From assembly GCA_019894975.1 (NCBI GenBank), contig JAGXNO010000060.1:1-17079 (forward strand): 17,079 nucleotides of DNA, read 5' to 3'. This DNA is from Promethearchaeota archaeon. GTDB lineage: Archaea > Asgardarchaeota > Lokiarchaeia > Sigyniarchaeales > SOKP01. Below are positions 1 through 8,221 of this stretch, piece by piece (position 1 is the stretch's first letter; each line of letters begins with the position of its first letter). Below the pieces are notes generated by a model. It had not been told where the DNA came from. It did not search any database and saw nothing but the letters and a program-made list of their open reading frames with translations. The position numbers and the translations under genes were made by a program.

Positions 1-795
1 ATTTACTATTGCTCCTAATCCATCCTTATCAAATCCATATTTAATGTCTTTTGCTTGAGCTCCTTGAGCACCATACCCGGGAATCAAAATAAATGAAGTT
101 TTTACTATTTCTCTTATCTTCTTAAGTTCTTTTGGGTAAGTTGCACCTACAACAACTCCAAGATTTGTAAAATTTGAAAACTTATCGACGTCATTAGACC
201 ACTTCTGTACTAACTCTGCCATTATTATGTAGTTTCTTTTAAGTTCTTGTTCTTGGACCCTAAATTCAAAGGTTTCGTCAGATACATCTTTTAAATTAGC
301 ACTAAAAAGATTTTGAAAGTCACTACTACTTGGATTTGAAGTTTTTACAAGGATAAACGCGCCCTTCTCCTTATAATCAATAAAGGGTTTAACCCCATCA
401 ATTCCAAAGTAACCATTTATAGTACATGCATCTGCATTAAAATTTTTGAATATGGAATAAGCATACGCTTCAGAAGTGGATCCTATATCATTCCGTTTTG
501 CATCTAATATTACCAATAAATCATGCTTATGTGCATATTTTATTGTTTCTTTTAAAGCATCTAAAGCTTCATATTTTTCGTAAAAAGCAATTTGGGGTTT
601 AACCACAGGAATTAATTCAGAGTTGGTTTCTATTAAGCTTTTATTAAATTCTAGAATGATCTTACTCGGATTTTCTAACTCCTTAATAAGATATTGAGGA
701 ATTTCCCCTTCTTTATCCATTCTGGGATCTAAACCCATTGATACAACACTTTTTTTCTCTTTAATTTGCTGAATTAGGTTTTCAATAAAATTCAT
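1..795 (-). CDS. pyrF: Orotidine-5'-phosphate decarboxylase (subfamily 2), 3' end truncated by the window edge
   Basis: Not in the ORF track; translated by hand from ATG at 795: MNFIENLIQQIKEKKSVVSMGLDPR...VKPQIAFYE...ILDAKRNDIGSTSEAYA...LVKTSNPSS...VVGATYP...LIPGYGAQGA. Has the DxKxxDIxxT catalytic motif and PGxGAQG. Confidence 0.96.
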   Translation of the reverse strand, partial: MNFIENLIQQIKEKKSVVSMGLDPRMDKEGEIPQYLIKELENPSKIILEFNKSLIETNSELIPVVKPQIAFYEKYEALDALKETIKYAHKHDLLVILDAKRNDIGSTSEAYAYSIFKNFNADACTINGYFGIDGVKPFIDYKEKGAFILVKTSNPSSSDFQNLFSANLKDVSDETFEFRVQEQELKRNYIIMAELVQKWSNDVDKFSNFTNLGVVVGATYPKELKKIREIVKTSFILIPGYGAQGAQAKDIKYGFDKDGLGAIVN

Positions 796-842
796 AATTA
801 CTTTTACTAATTTTCTGATTTTTTTAAATAAAATTGATAATA

Positions 843-859
843 CCATTAATAATTAATGG
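843..859. promoter_or_regulatory. Palindrome CCATTAAT-A-ATTAATGG in the divergent pyrF/profilin intergenic region; possible transcription factor site
   Basis: Perfect 8-bp arms with a 1-nt centre, upstream of a TATA-like TTTTAAAA at 876-883. Confidence 0.35.
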
Positions 860-916
860 CTGTGAGCAACATAACTTTTAAAAAACTCTAAAATCGATAA
901 ATCATATAAAACCCTA

Positions 917-1297
917 ATGGATGAAATAAAAAATATTATTGAGGAATTAGGAATTGCTGCTTTAGAGAATAACATTAAAATTGCGGGAGTTGCTGTTGTC
1001 TCTGATTCTGGAAATTTAATTTTTCAAACAAGTAATTGGGATTTAACAAATAAGACGCACTTTATTTTTGAAGTGATTAAAGGAGCCACATCATTTGTCT
1101 TTAACGATATCGAATTTTCGGTAGTTAAAACTGCTGCCGAAGGAATTATTGGAACCAATGAAAGTGGGATGGGACATATACTAATAACAACTTTTCAGGG
1201 TGGTGTGCTCGTATCATACGCAATGCCTCAGGCAGATCCCCCCAAAGGATTGTTGTTTCTTAAAAGTTTTGCAGCAAAATTGAATGGGAAATTGTAG
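917..1297 (+). CDS. Asgard-type profilin (actin-monomer-binding eukaryotic signature protein)
   Basis: 126 aa. The pattern GVAVVSDSG..IFQTSNWDL...GATSF...F.VV...IIGTNESGMGHILI...GVLVSY..PQADP...FAAKL matches my recollection of Loki profilins (G.AI...G..I.QT.NW...GITS...IGTN..G.GH.LI...L..Y.NP..GP...YAKKL). Confidence 0.85.
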   Translation: MDEIKNIIEELGIAALENNIKIAGVAVVSDSGNLIFQTSNWDLTNKTHFIFEVIKGATSFVFNDIEFSVVKTAAEGIIGTNESGMGHILITTFQGGVLVSYAMPQADPPKGLLFLKSFAAKLNGKL

Positions 1298-1342
1298 TTA
1301 GTCCATTTTAAAAGAATTTATTATGAGGTGATTTAGGATTCT

Positions 1343-2692
1343 TTACTCCTCAAATTCATCAAGAATTGTATAAATTTCTTCAACAATATCTTCAGAATTC
1401 ACAGATTTTTGTTCCTCAGAAACCATATTTCTAATAGTAACTTTATTCCTTTCTATTTCTTCTGGTCCAATAATTAATACAATCAGAATACCTAGTTCAT
1501 TAGCTTTCTTCAGTTGACTTTTTAAATTTTTGAATTTATAATCAATTATACAAGGAAAATCTTCATCTCTGATTGTTCGAGCGAGTTCAATAGCATAAGT
1601 AGATCCCTTTTCGTTTACTGATGCTATGTAAATAGTATCTGTATAATCTTTTTTGTAGACTTCTTTTGGAATCAAATCATAAGTCTTCAAAAACAATGTT
1701 AACATCAAAACACCTAAACCAAAACCAATACCAGAAATTTTCTCATCAGAATAGAGAGATAGTAAATCATCATATCGACCTCCTCCAAATATCGATCTAA
1801 TATTTTCTTTCCCTGTATCAAAAACTTCAAAAACAATACCAGTATAATAATCTAATCCTCTTACTACACTTGAAGAGTAAGTACAATAATCTGAAAGACC
1901 TGATTCCTTTAGTAATTTTTGAAAATTAACTAATTCTAAATATCCCTCAGTATTATAAAATTCTTGAGGAACAGTTTCAAAAAAACTCAATGTCTCTTCA
2001 ACACTCTTGGCATCTTTCAGTTTCAATATTCCTTTTATTATAAACTCCTCTTCAAATGTATCACTAACAAATTTCTCAAATTCCCCTTCTTCTATTTTAT
2101 CTGCTTTATCTAATACCTTGTAAACCATTGGTATTTTTTCCTGAGGGATCTTAAGAAGATTTTTACACATTTCATCAATAAAACGCCGGCTATTATAAAA
2201 AATCTGAAATTGGTCCCCAGTTGCTCCCATCTCATTAAAAATATCCACAATTATATTAAAGATCTCAAGTTCAGCATATAGGCTGTTTTCTCCCAAGATA
2301 TCAAAATTAATTTGATTAAACATTCTACGTCTTCCTCTCTGAGGACGTTCATATCTAAAACAAGTAGGATTCGAATACCATCTAATAGGTTTCTTGAGTT
2401 CTTGGCTTCTTCTTGCGATCATTCGAGCTAAAGAAGGAGTTAATTCGGGAATTAAAATTAGTCTTTCTCCTTCTTTTTTCTCAATGATAAATGATTGTTC
2501 ATTTACCAGTTCGTCTGAGGACTTAGCTGCAAAAATCTCAATAGGTTCTAACTGCGGGCTTTTGAATTCTTCATAACTATATATTTCAGCAATATCTTTT
2601 ATATTTTCAACAATCCAATTGAATTCTCTCAAATCTTCAGGATAGAAGTCTTTAAATCCTCTAAGTGGGTCCTTTGAAAATTTCTTTGACAT
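1343..2692 (-). CDS. hisS: Histidine--tRNA ligase
   Basis: RGFKDFYP, PELTPSLAR, FRYERPQRGR (motif 2), VRGLDYYTG, GGGRYD, GIGFGLG, and a C-terminal anticodon-binding domain. Confidence 0.97.
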   Translation of the reverse strand: MSKKFSKDPLRGFKDFYPEDLREFNWIVENIKDIAEIYSYEEFKSPQLEPIEIFAAKSSDELVNEQSFIIEKKEGERLILIPELTPSLARMIARRSQELKKPIRWYSNPTCFRYERPQRGRRRMFNQINFDILGENSLYAELEIFNIIVDIFNEMGATGDQFQIFYNSRRFIDEMCKNLLKIPQEKIPMVYKVLDKADKIEEGEFEKFVSDTFEEEFIIKGILKLKDAKSVEETLSFFETVPQEFYNTEGYLELVNFQKLLKESGLSDYCTYSSSVVRGLDYYTGIVFEVFDTGKENIRSIFGGGRYDDLLSLYSDEKISGIGFGLGVLMLTLFLKTYDLIPKEVYKKDYTDTIYIASVNEKGSTYAIELARTIRDEDFPCIIDYKFKNLKSQLKKANELGILIVLIIGPEEIERNKVTIRNMVSEEQKSVNSEDIVEEIYTILDEFEE

Positions 2693-2858
2693 TATTTCGT
2701 AAGTTATATTGTTTTAATTAAAAAATAAAAAGAAGGGTACCAAATATTTTTTTCTGTTAACAATAAGCTTTTTCTTTTTTTCAATATGAAAATAATTATC
2801 AAATTTGTTTTGAAAATATAATAATAATATACCGATTTAACTATTTGGAGAGATTGAG

Positions 2859-3506
2859 TTGTCTCAGGAAGTAATTTTTAAAAATATGGTTGATTCCATT
2901 GTTAATTTAGACGAAGAAAAAGCTTTAGAATTGGCAAACAAAGCAATTAAAGATGGTATGAACTTAATGGATGTTGTTGAAAGAGGATATGCCGCAGGTA
3001 TTCGGGAAGTTGGAGAGTTATGGGAAGAAGGTGAATTTTTTCTCCCAGAATTAATGAGAGGAGCAGAAATTATGCAAAAATGTTTGGATTTAATTATTCC
3101 TCACCTGAAGAAGGGATCAGAAGACATTTCGAAGGGAAAAGTAGTAATTGCGACAATTGAAGGGGATATCCATTCCATAGGGAAAACTATTGTTGGGACT
3201 ATGTTAAGAGCCTATGGTTTTGAAGTTCATGACTTAGGGGCTGATGTCCCTGCTGAAAAAATTGTTGATGTAGCTGTAGAAATAAATGCAGATATAATTG
3301 GAGTTTCTGCACTTCTAACAACCACAATGTTTGGTCAGAAAAAAATAATTGAAATCCTAAAAGAACGTAATTTACTGGATAGATTCAAAGTTATTCTCGG
3401 CGGTGCTCCAGTGACAGGTTCCTGGGTAACTGAATGTAATGCTGATGGGTTTGCGGAGAATGCTATTGATGCTGTAAAATTAGTTAAATCTTTACTAAAT
3501 AAATAG
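2859..3506 (+). CDS. Corrinoid (cobalamin-binding) methyl-carrier protein, MttC/MtbC/MetH-cap+B12 type
   Basis: Cap domain FFLPEL; B12-binding motifs DIHSIG (DxHxxG), SALLTTT and GGAP. TTG start preceded by a GGAG RBS. Confidence 0.93.
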   Translation: MSQEVIFKNMVDSIVNLDEEKALELANKAIKDGMNLMDVVERGYAAGIREVGELWEEGEFFLPELMRGAEIMQKCLDLIIPHLKKGSEDISKGKVVIATIEGDIHSIGKTIVGTMLRAYGFEVHDLGADVPAEKIVDVAVEINADIIGVSALLTTTMFGQKKIIEILKERNLLDRFKVILGGAPVTGSWVTECNADGFAENAIDAVKLVKSLLNK

Positions 3507-3534
3507 ATATCAAAATTATTGAGGTAAAGAAAGA

Positions 3535-4419
3535 TTGTTGTTTCATAATTGGCTAAAGGATGACTCGAAGATCATTCTTTTCGATGGGGCCTTTGGAACC
3601 GAACTGATTAAAAGGGGATTAAAGCCAGGAAAAGTCCCAGATCTATTAAATATTGAAAATCCAGAAATCATAACTGAAATTCATAAATCTTATTATGATG
3701 CTGGTTCAGATATGTGTCAATCAAATACGTTCGGCTCAACCCCAATAAACTTAAAACGTCATAATATTGAGGGAAAGATCACTAATATCATTGAAAAAGC
3801 ATTAGATAATATTAAGAAAGCCTATCGTCCAGGACATTTAATTGTTGGTGACATTGGCCCAACTGGAGAATTCAGACCCCCAGTAGGGAATGCTTCAAGT
3901 GAAGAATGGTACTCAAGTTTTAAGACTCAAACTGAACTATTAGAAGGTGGAGTTGATTTATTTCATATCGAAACAATTTCAGATTTAGAAGAAATGTTAG
4001 CTGCTATTCATGCTGTAAAAGACGTTTCAAATAAACCACTAATAGCTTCAATTACTTATAAAAAAACAAAACGAGGTTATTTTACTATTATGGGAGACTC
4101 GTTAGAAAAATGTATAAAAACCTTAGAAAACGAAAAAGTTGATGTTGTTGGGGCAAATTGCACTCTTGGGTCATATGACATGCTTGATTTAGTAAAGCAA
4201 ACAACTGAGCTTACAGATCTACCAATTTCTATAAAACCTAATGCAGGAAAGCCAAGAATTGAAGGGACTAAAACTCTTTATGATCAACCAATTTCAGAAT
4301 TTGTAAGCGATATTCAGAAAATGATAGATTTAGGAGTAAAAATAGTTGGTGGTTGTTGTGGCACAACACCCGAGACTATAAAGGAAATCCGTAAAATTAT
4401 TGATTCAAACAAATATTAA
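3535..4419 (+). CDS. Stand-alone homocysteine S-methyltransferase domain protein (MetH N-terminal domain type)
   Basis: DGAFGTEL, H.SY..AG.D...SNTFG, GDIGPTG, IETISD, GANC, PNAG.P and GGCCGTTP, i.e. three Zn-ligand cysteines. TTG start with a GAGGT RBS. Confidence 0.93.
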   Translation: MLFHNWLKDDSKIILFDGAFGTELIKRGLKPGKVPDLLNIENPEIITEIHKSYYDAGSDMCQSNTFGSTPINLKRHNIEGKITNIIEKALDNIKKAYRPGHLIVGDIGPTGEFRPPVGNASSEEWYSSFKTQTELLEGGVDLFHIETISDLEEMLAAIHAVKDVSNKPLIASITYKKTKRGYFTIMGDSLEKCIKTLENEKVDVVGANCTLGSYDMLDLVKQTTELTDLPISIKPNAGKPRIEGTKTLYDQPISEFVSDIQKMIDLGVKIVGGCCGTTPETIKEIRKIIDSNKY

Positions 4420-4438
4420 ATGAAATGAAAGAAAAATT

Positions 4439-5872
4439 ATGACAATACTTAGACCAAAAATAAATGTCTTAGATGAGAACCATAAAAATGAGATTTTCCA
4501 AGAAGCAAAATTAATATTGGAAACTCAGGGAATTTTCATTGAAAATCAAGAAGCAATTGAAATGTTTGAAAAAAAAGGATTGAACCATGATGGTGCAAAG
4601 TACTTCATTCCTTCAGACTTAGTTGAGAAATCGTTAGATTCAGTTCCTCGTCAAATCACTCTTTTTGATAGAGAGGGAGAGGAACATTTAACCCTAAAAG
4701 AGGATCAAGTTCATTTTGATCCGGGTTCGGCAGCTATTTTTATATTAGACGAAAACACTGGAGAGATAAGAGAGGGAAAATCTAAAGATTTTATTAGATT
4801 TTCTAAGATTGTAGAACAGTTAGATTATATTGATGCTCAAAGCACTGCTCTTATTTATCAAGATGTTCCAAATGATGCACAAGATTGGCATCGTTTATAT
4901 TTGGCATTATCAAATTGTTTTAAACCAATAGTAACAGGAACATTTCGAAAAGAGAGTTTCTCGATAATGAGGGAGATCTTATTAGCATGTAGAACTTCTG
5001 AGGACGATTTAGCTCGAAAACCATTAGCAATATTTGATGCTTGCCCTAGTCCTCCACTAAAATGGTCTGATCTGACCACACAATCATTAATTGATGCTGC
5101 CAAAAGCATGATACCTTCTGAATTTGTGTCAATGCCTTTATCAGGAGCGAGTGCTCCGATTACACTAATTGGTTCAATTACACAGCATTGCGCTGAGTGT
5201 TTAGCAGGAGTTGTAATAGTTCAACTAGCTAACAAAGGTGCTCCATTAATTTGGGGTGGTTCTCCGGCTGTTTTTGATATGAAACATGGAACAACCCCGA
5301 TGGGTGCTATTGAAACAATGATGATTAACCTTGGAGATGTTGAAATGGGCAAATTTCTGCATCTACCTACTCATGCTTATATGAGTCTAACCGATGCTAA
5401 GATCCCTGATGGACAGGCTGGCTTCGAAGCAGGAATGGGAGCATTACTTGGAGGTCTTGGGGGAGTTAATATGATTTCTGGTCCTGGAATGATGGATTTT
5501 GAATCTACTCAAAGTGTTGAAAAACTTATAATTGACAATGAAATAATAGGAATGGTTAAAAGATTACTTCGTGGTATTGATGATTATGGTACACCCTATG
5601 CTTCAGAAATTTTAAAAGACTATGAAGATAAAGAAGAATTATTATCACACCCCTCAACTCTCAAATACTTTAGAAAGGAATTATTTCTACCAAGCCCAAT
5701 TATAGATAGAATGACAAGGGATTCATGGAAACAAGATGGTTCGAAATCAGTAAGAAAACGAGCAAAAGAAAGAGCTTTAAGACTTGCTGAAAAGCCCTCA
5801 ATTAAACCTATAGATGAAAGTTTAGTAAAAGAATTAGATCGTATCACTGAGCAATCAATGAAAGGTACATAG
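4439..5872 (+). CDS. Trimethylamine methyltransferase (MttB) superfamily protein, non-pyrrolysine
   Basis: SPPLKW, MPLSGASAPITLIG, Q....GAP, DMK.G....GA.E and DAKIPDGQAGFE. Uninterrupted ORF with no in-frame TAG. Confidence 0.92.
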   Translation: MTILRPKINVLDENHKNEIFQEAKLILETQGIFIENQEAIEMFEKKGLNHDGAKYFIPSDLVEKSLDSVPRQITLFDREGEEHLTLKEDQVHFDPGSAAIFILDENTGEIREGKSKDFIRFSKIVEQLDYIDAQSTALIYQDVPNDAQDWHRLYLALSNCFKPIVTGTFRKESFSIMREILLACRTSEDDLARKPLAIFDACPSPPLKWSDLTTQSLIDAAKSMIPSEFVSMPLSGASAPITLIGSITQHCAECLAGVVIVQLANKGAPLIWGGSPAVFDMKHGTTPMGAIETMMINLGDVEMGKFLHLPTHAYMSLTDAKIPDGQAGFEAGMGALLGGLGGVNMISGPGMMDFESTQSVEKLIIDNEIIGMVKRLLRGIDDYGTPYASEILKDYEDKEELLSHPSTLKYFRKELFLPSPIIDRMTRDSWKQDGSKSVRKRAKERALRLAEKPSIKPIDESLVKELDRITEQSMKGT

Positions 5873-5883
5873 AAATCATATTT

Positions 5884-6600
5884 TTAATAAATTTTAGCTA
5901 AGAAATCCCCATTTTTCTCTTCTTTTACAATCTCACATTCAAAATCATTTTTACTTGCGATGTTTCTAAGAGTTTGGGGATCAATGAATAATAGTTGAAA
6001 CCTTTCCCCAAGAAGCCCTTTATATTCCATATATAACCTTATTTCCCCAAAATAATGTCCTAAATGACGATTTCTCTCATGATAGGAGAGGTGATCAGAA
6101 TTAGTTGTAATTCGAACATCTAACGAATCTAATAAGATAAAGCCTTCTGGATTTAACAATGTTTTACAGTACCTAAAAAATTTCTTTAATCCTTGAAGAT
6201 CTTCAACAAATCCAATAGATCTCCCCATTAGAAGTATTGTATCAAATTTTTCTTCTTTTAGATCATAAACCGAACCATGCCTAACATTCGATATCCCTCG
6301 TTTTTTCATAATATCACATGCATGAGTTGATATATCAATTGCCAATACCACAAATCCTAAATTTTGAAGTGCTAGAGCATGAGGGCCTACACCAGCCCCA
6401 ATATCTAAAATATTCCCTCGGCATTTTGAAATCGCATATTTTTCAAGAGAAGAAAATTCTTTTTCAGTTCGAAAATAATTCGAAACGTAAAGATCTTCTT
6501 TAAATCCATCATCTCGATAAAAAATTACTTTTGCTTCCTTATTTCCGTTGTAAAATTCTTTTAGAGCTAAACCAAATGGTTCCATTGATTTAAGAGGCAT
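5884..6600 (-). CDS. Class I SAM-dependent methyltransferase
   Basis: Motif I ILDIGAGVG, acidic AIDIS, FDTILLMG, LLNPEG.ILLD. Confidence 0.9.
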   Translation of the reverse strand: MPLKSMEPFGLALKEFYNGNKEAKVIFYRDDGFKEDLYVSNYFRTEKEFSSLEKYAISKCRGNILDIGAGVGPHALALQNLGFVVLAIDISTHACDIMKKRGISNVRHGSVYDLKEEKFDTILLMGRSIGFVEDLQGLKKFFRYCKTLLNPEGFILLDSLDVRITTNSDHLSYHERNRHLGHYFGEIRLYMEYKGLLGERFQLLFIDPQTLRNIASKNDFECEIVKEEKNGDFLAKIY

Positions 6601-6705
6601 AAGATAACTCCATTAATATAAATCTAAATATATTATCTAGACTTTTTTTCTTTTTTATAATATTTGCCATATCAATGAAAAACTTAATACAAAATTGATT
6701 GAAAT

Positions 6706-6736
6706 TTATAATTAGTAGAATATTTTCTAATTATAA
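6706..6736. promoter_or_regulatory. Inverted repeat TTATAATTAG-N11-CTAATTATAA between the divergent methyltransferase gene and OFOR operon
   Basis: Perfect 10-bp arms at 6706-6715 and 6727-6736, 35 nt upstream of the ferredoxin start. The region is very AT-rich. Confidence 0.35.
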
Positions 6737-6771
6737 TTTATAAAATAGGAAGTTGACTAAAAATTCCAAAA

Positions 6772-7035
6772 TTGATTGAAAAAAATGAAAAAGGCTTCTC
6801 ACTGTTTTTAAATAAAGGTAGATGTGGTGGCTGTAGAGCTTGTATCGCAGTTTGTCCAACAGGCATCTTAGAGCTTAGTGATGAATTGAATTATAGAATT
6901 GCCTATATACCAAAAATCAAAGAAGGTAAAGCAAAATATTGTACTGGATGTCGTCGATGCGAATATGCATGTCCTGATTGGTGTATTTACGTTTTGGACG
7001 AAGAAGAATCACCTAATGAGAAAGCAAAAACTTAA
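6772..7035 (+). CDS. 2x[4Fe-4S] ferredoxin, delta subunit of 2-oxoacid:ferredoxin oxidoreductase (KorD-like)
   Basis: Two CxxCxxCxxxCP motifs (CGGCRACIAVCP, CTGCRRCEYACP); first gene of the OFOR operon. Confidence 0.92.
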   Translation: MIEKNEKGFSLFLNKGRCGGCRACIAVCPTGILELSDELNYRIAYIPKIKEGKAKYCTGCRRCEYACPDWCIYVLDEEESPNEKAKT

Positions 7036-7048
7036 TGAGGTTAAATAA

Positions 7049-8221
7049 ATGGAAAAAATAAATGATAAGAGATATTTACCTGAAGGAAAGCATGTTATGA
7101 TGGGTAACATTGCAATGTCTGAGGGTGCGCTCGCCGCAGGTCTTGAATTCTTTGGAGGATACCCAATTACTCCAAGCACAGAAGTGATCGAGCATTTAGC
7201 CCGAAGGATGCCTGAAGTCGGAGGGGTATGCATGCAGATGGAAGATGAATTAGCATCCATAAATTCTGTAATGGGCGCTTCTCTTGTAGGTGCTAAAGCA
7301 ATGACCGCAACATCGGGACCGGGATTTTCATTGATGGTGGAAACAATTAGCATGGCTGCTTGCTTAGAAATCCCTTTTGTGTTTTGTGATGTTCAAAGAA
7401 ACGGTCCGGGTACTGGATTTGTGACCCAACCTCACCACAATGATTTAGGTTTGATGCGATTTGCAGGTAATGGAGAATTTGGGGTTATCGCACTAGCACC
7501 AATGAATTGTCAAGAACTCTTCGATTTAACCATTACAGCATTTAATTTTGCTGAGATTTACCGTTGTCCCGTTTTTCTTGTGTCGGATGCATATTTGGGA
7601 CATCTTCATGAACCATTGTTTATACCATCAAAGGAGGAGATTATTGAGAAAGTAATTCCTCGTGAATTACCCAATGATTTTACACATAAATTCACATATT
7701 ATGATAATAAAACGAACTCATATATAATCCCAAAACCACCAATTATGGGAACAGATTATGTACCATTGATGTTTCTTCATCAAGCACATAATTCAAGTGG
7801 TTTATCTTCACAAAGAGAGGCACTTCCGTTTACAAAGATGCTGACTGATAAACTTAAGACCAATATAGATAAAATTTCTTTGACTGAAGAATATAAATTG
7901 GACGATGCCGAAATAATTATTATTTCTTATGGGTTGCCAGTTAGAACTAGTTATCGCGCAGTTGATATCGCACGCAAGGAGGGAATTAAAGTTGGGATTT
8001 TTAGACTAATTACTTTGTGGCCATTTCCGGATGAGAAAGTAAAGAAAATAGTAAAAAACGCAAAAGCGGTAATTGTACCTGAACTGAATTATACTGGTGT
8101 AATGGCAGAACAAGTTGAACGGGTGACAAAATTAGAAATTCCTATAATAAAAATTCCTAAGATATGCGATTTTCATCACCCAGATGATATTCTAAAAGTT
8201 ATAAGGGAGGTGGCAAAGTAA
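7049..8221 (+). CDS. 2-oxoacid:ferredoxin oxidoreductase alpha subunit (KorA-like)
   Basis: GYPITPSTE, QMEDE, TATSGPGFSLM, DVQR.GP.TG, LWPFP, VPELN. GAGGT RBS. Confidence 0.94.
   Translation: MEKINDKRYLPEGKHVMMGNIAMSEGALAAGLEFFGGYPITPSTEVIEHLARRMPEVGGVCMQMEDELASINSVMGASLVGAKAMTATSGPGFSLMVETISMAACLEIPFVFCDVQRNGPGTGFVTQPHHNDLGLMRFAGNGEFGVIALAPMNCQELFDLTITAFNFAEIYRCPVFLVSDAYLGHLHEPLFIPSKEEIIEKVIPRELPNDFTHKFTYYDNKTNSYIIPKPPIMGTDYVPLMFLHQAHNSSGLSSQREALPFTKMLTDKLKTNIDKISLTEEYKLDDAEIIIISYGLPVRTSYRAVDIARKEGIKVGIFRLITLWPFPDEKVKKIVKNAKAVIVPELNYTGVMAEQVERVTKLEIPIIKIPKICDFHHPDDILKVIREVAK

Noticed and set aside
5884-6600. SAM methyltransferase as the reactivation module of the corrinoid system
   Set aside because: It has class I Rossmann motifs rather than the MetH activation fold, and is convergently transcribed. 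Adjacency is the only link.
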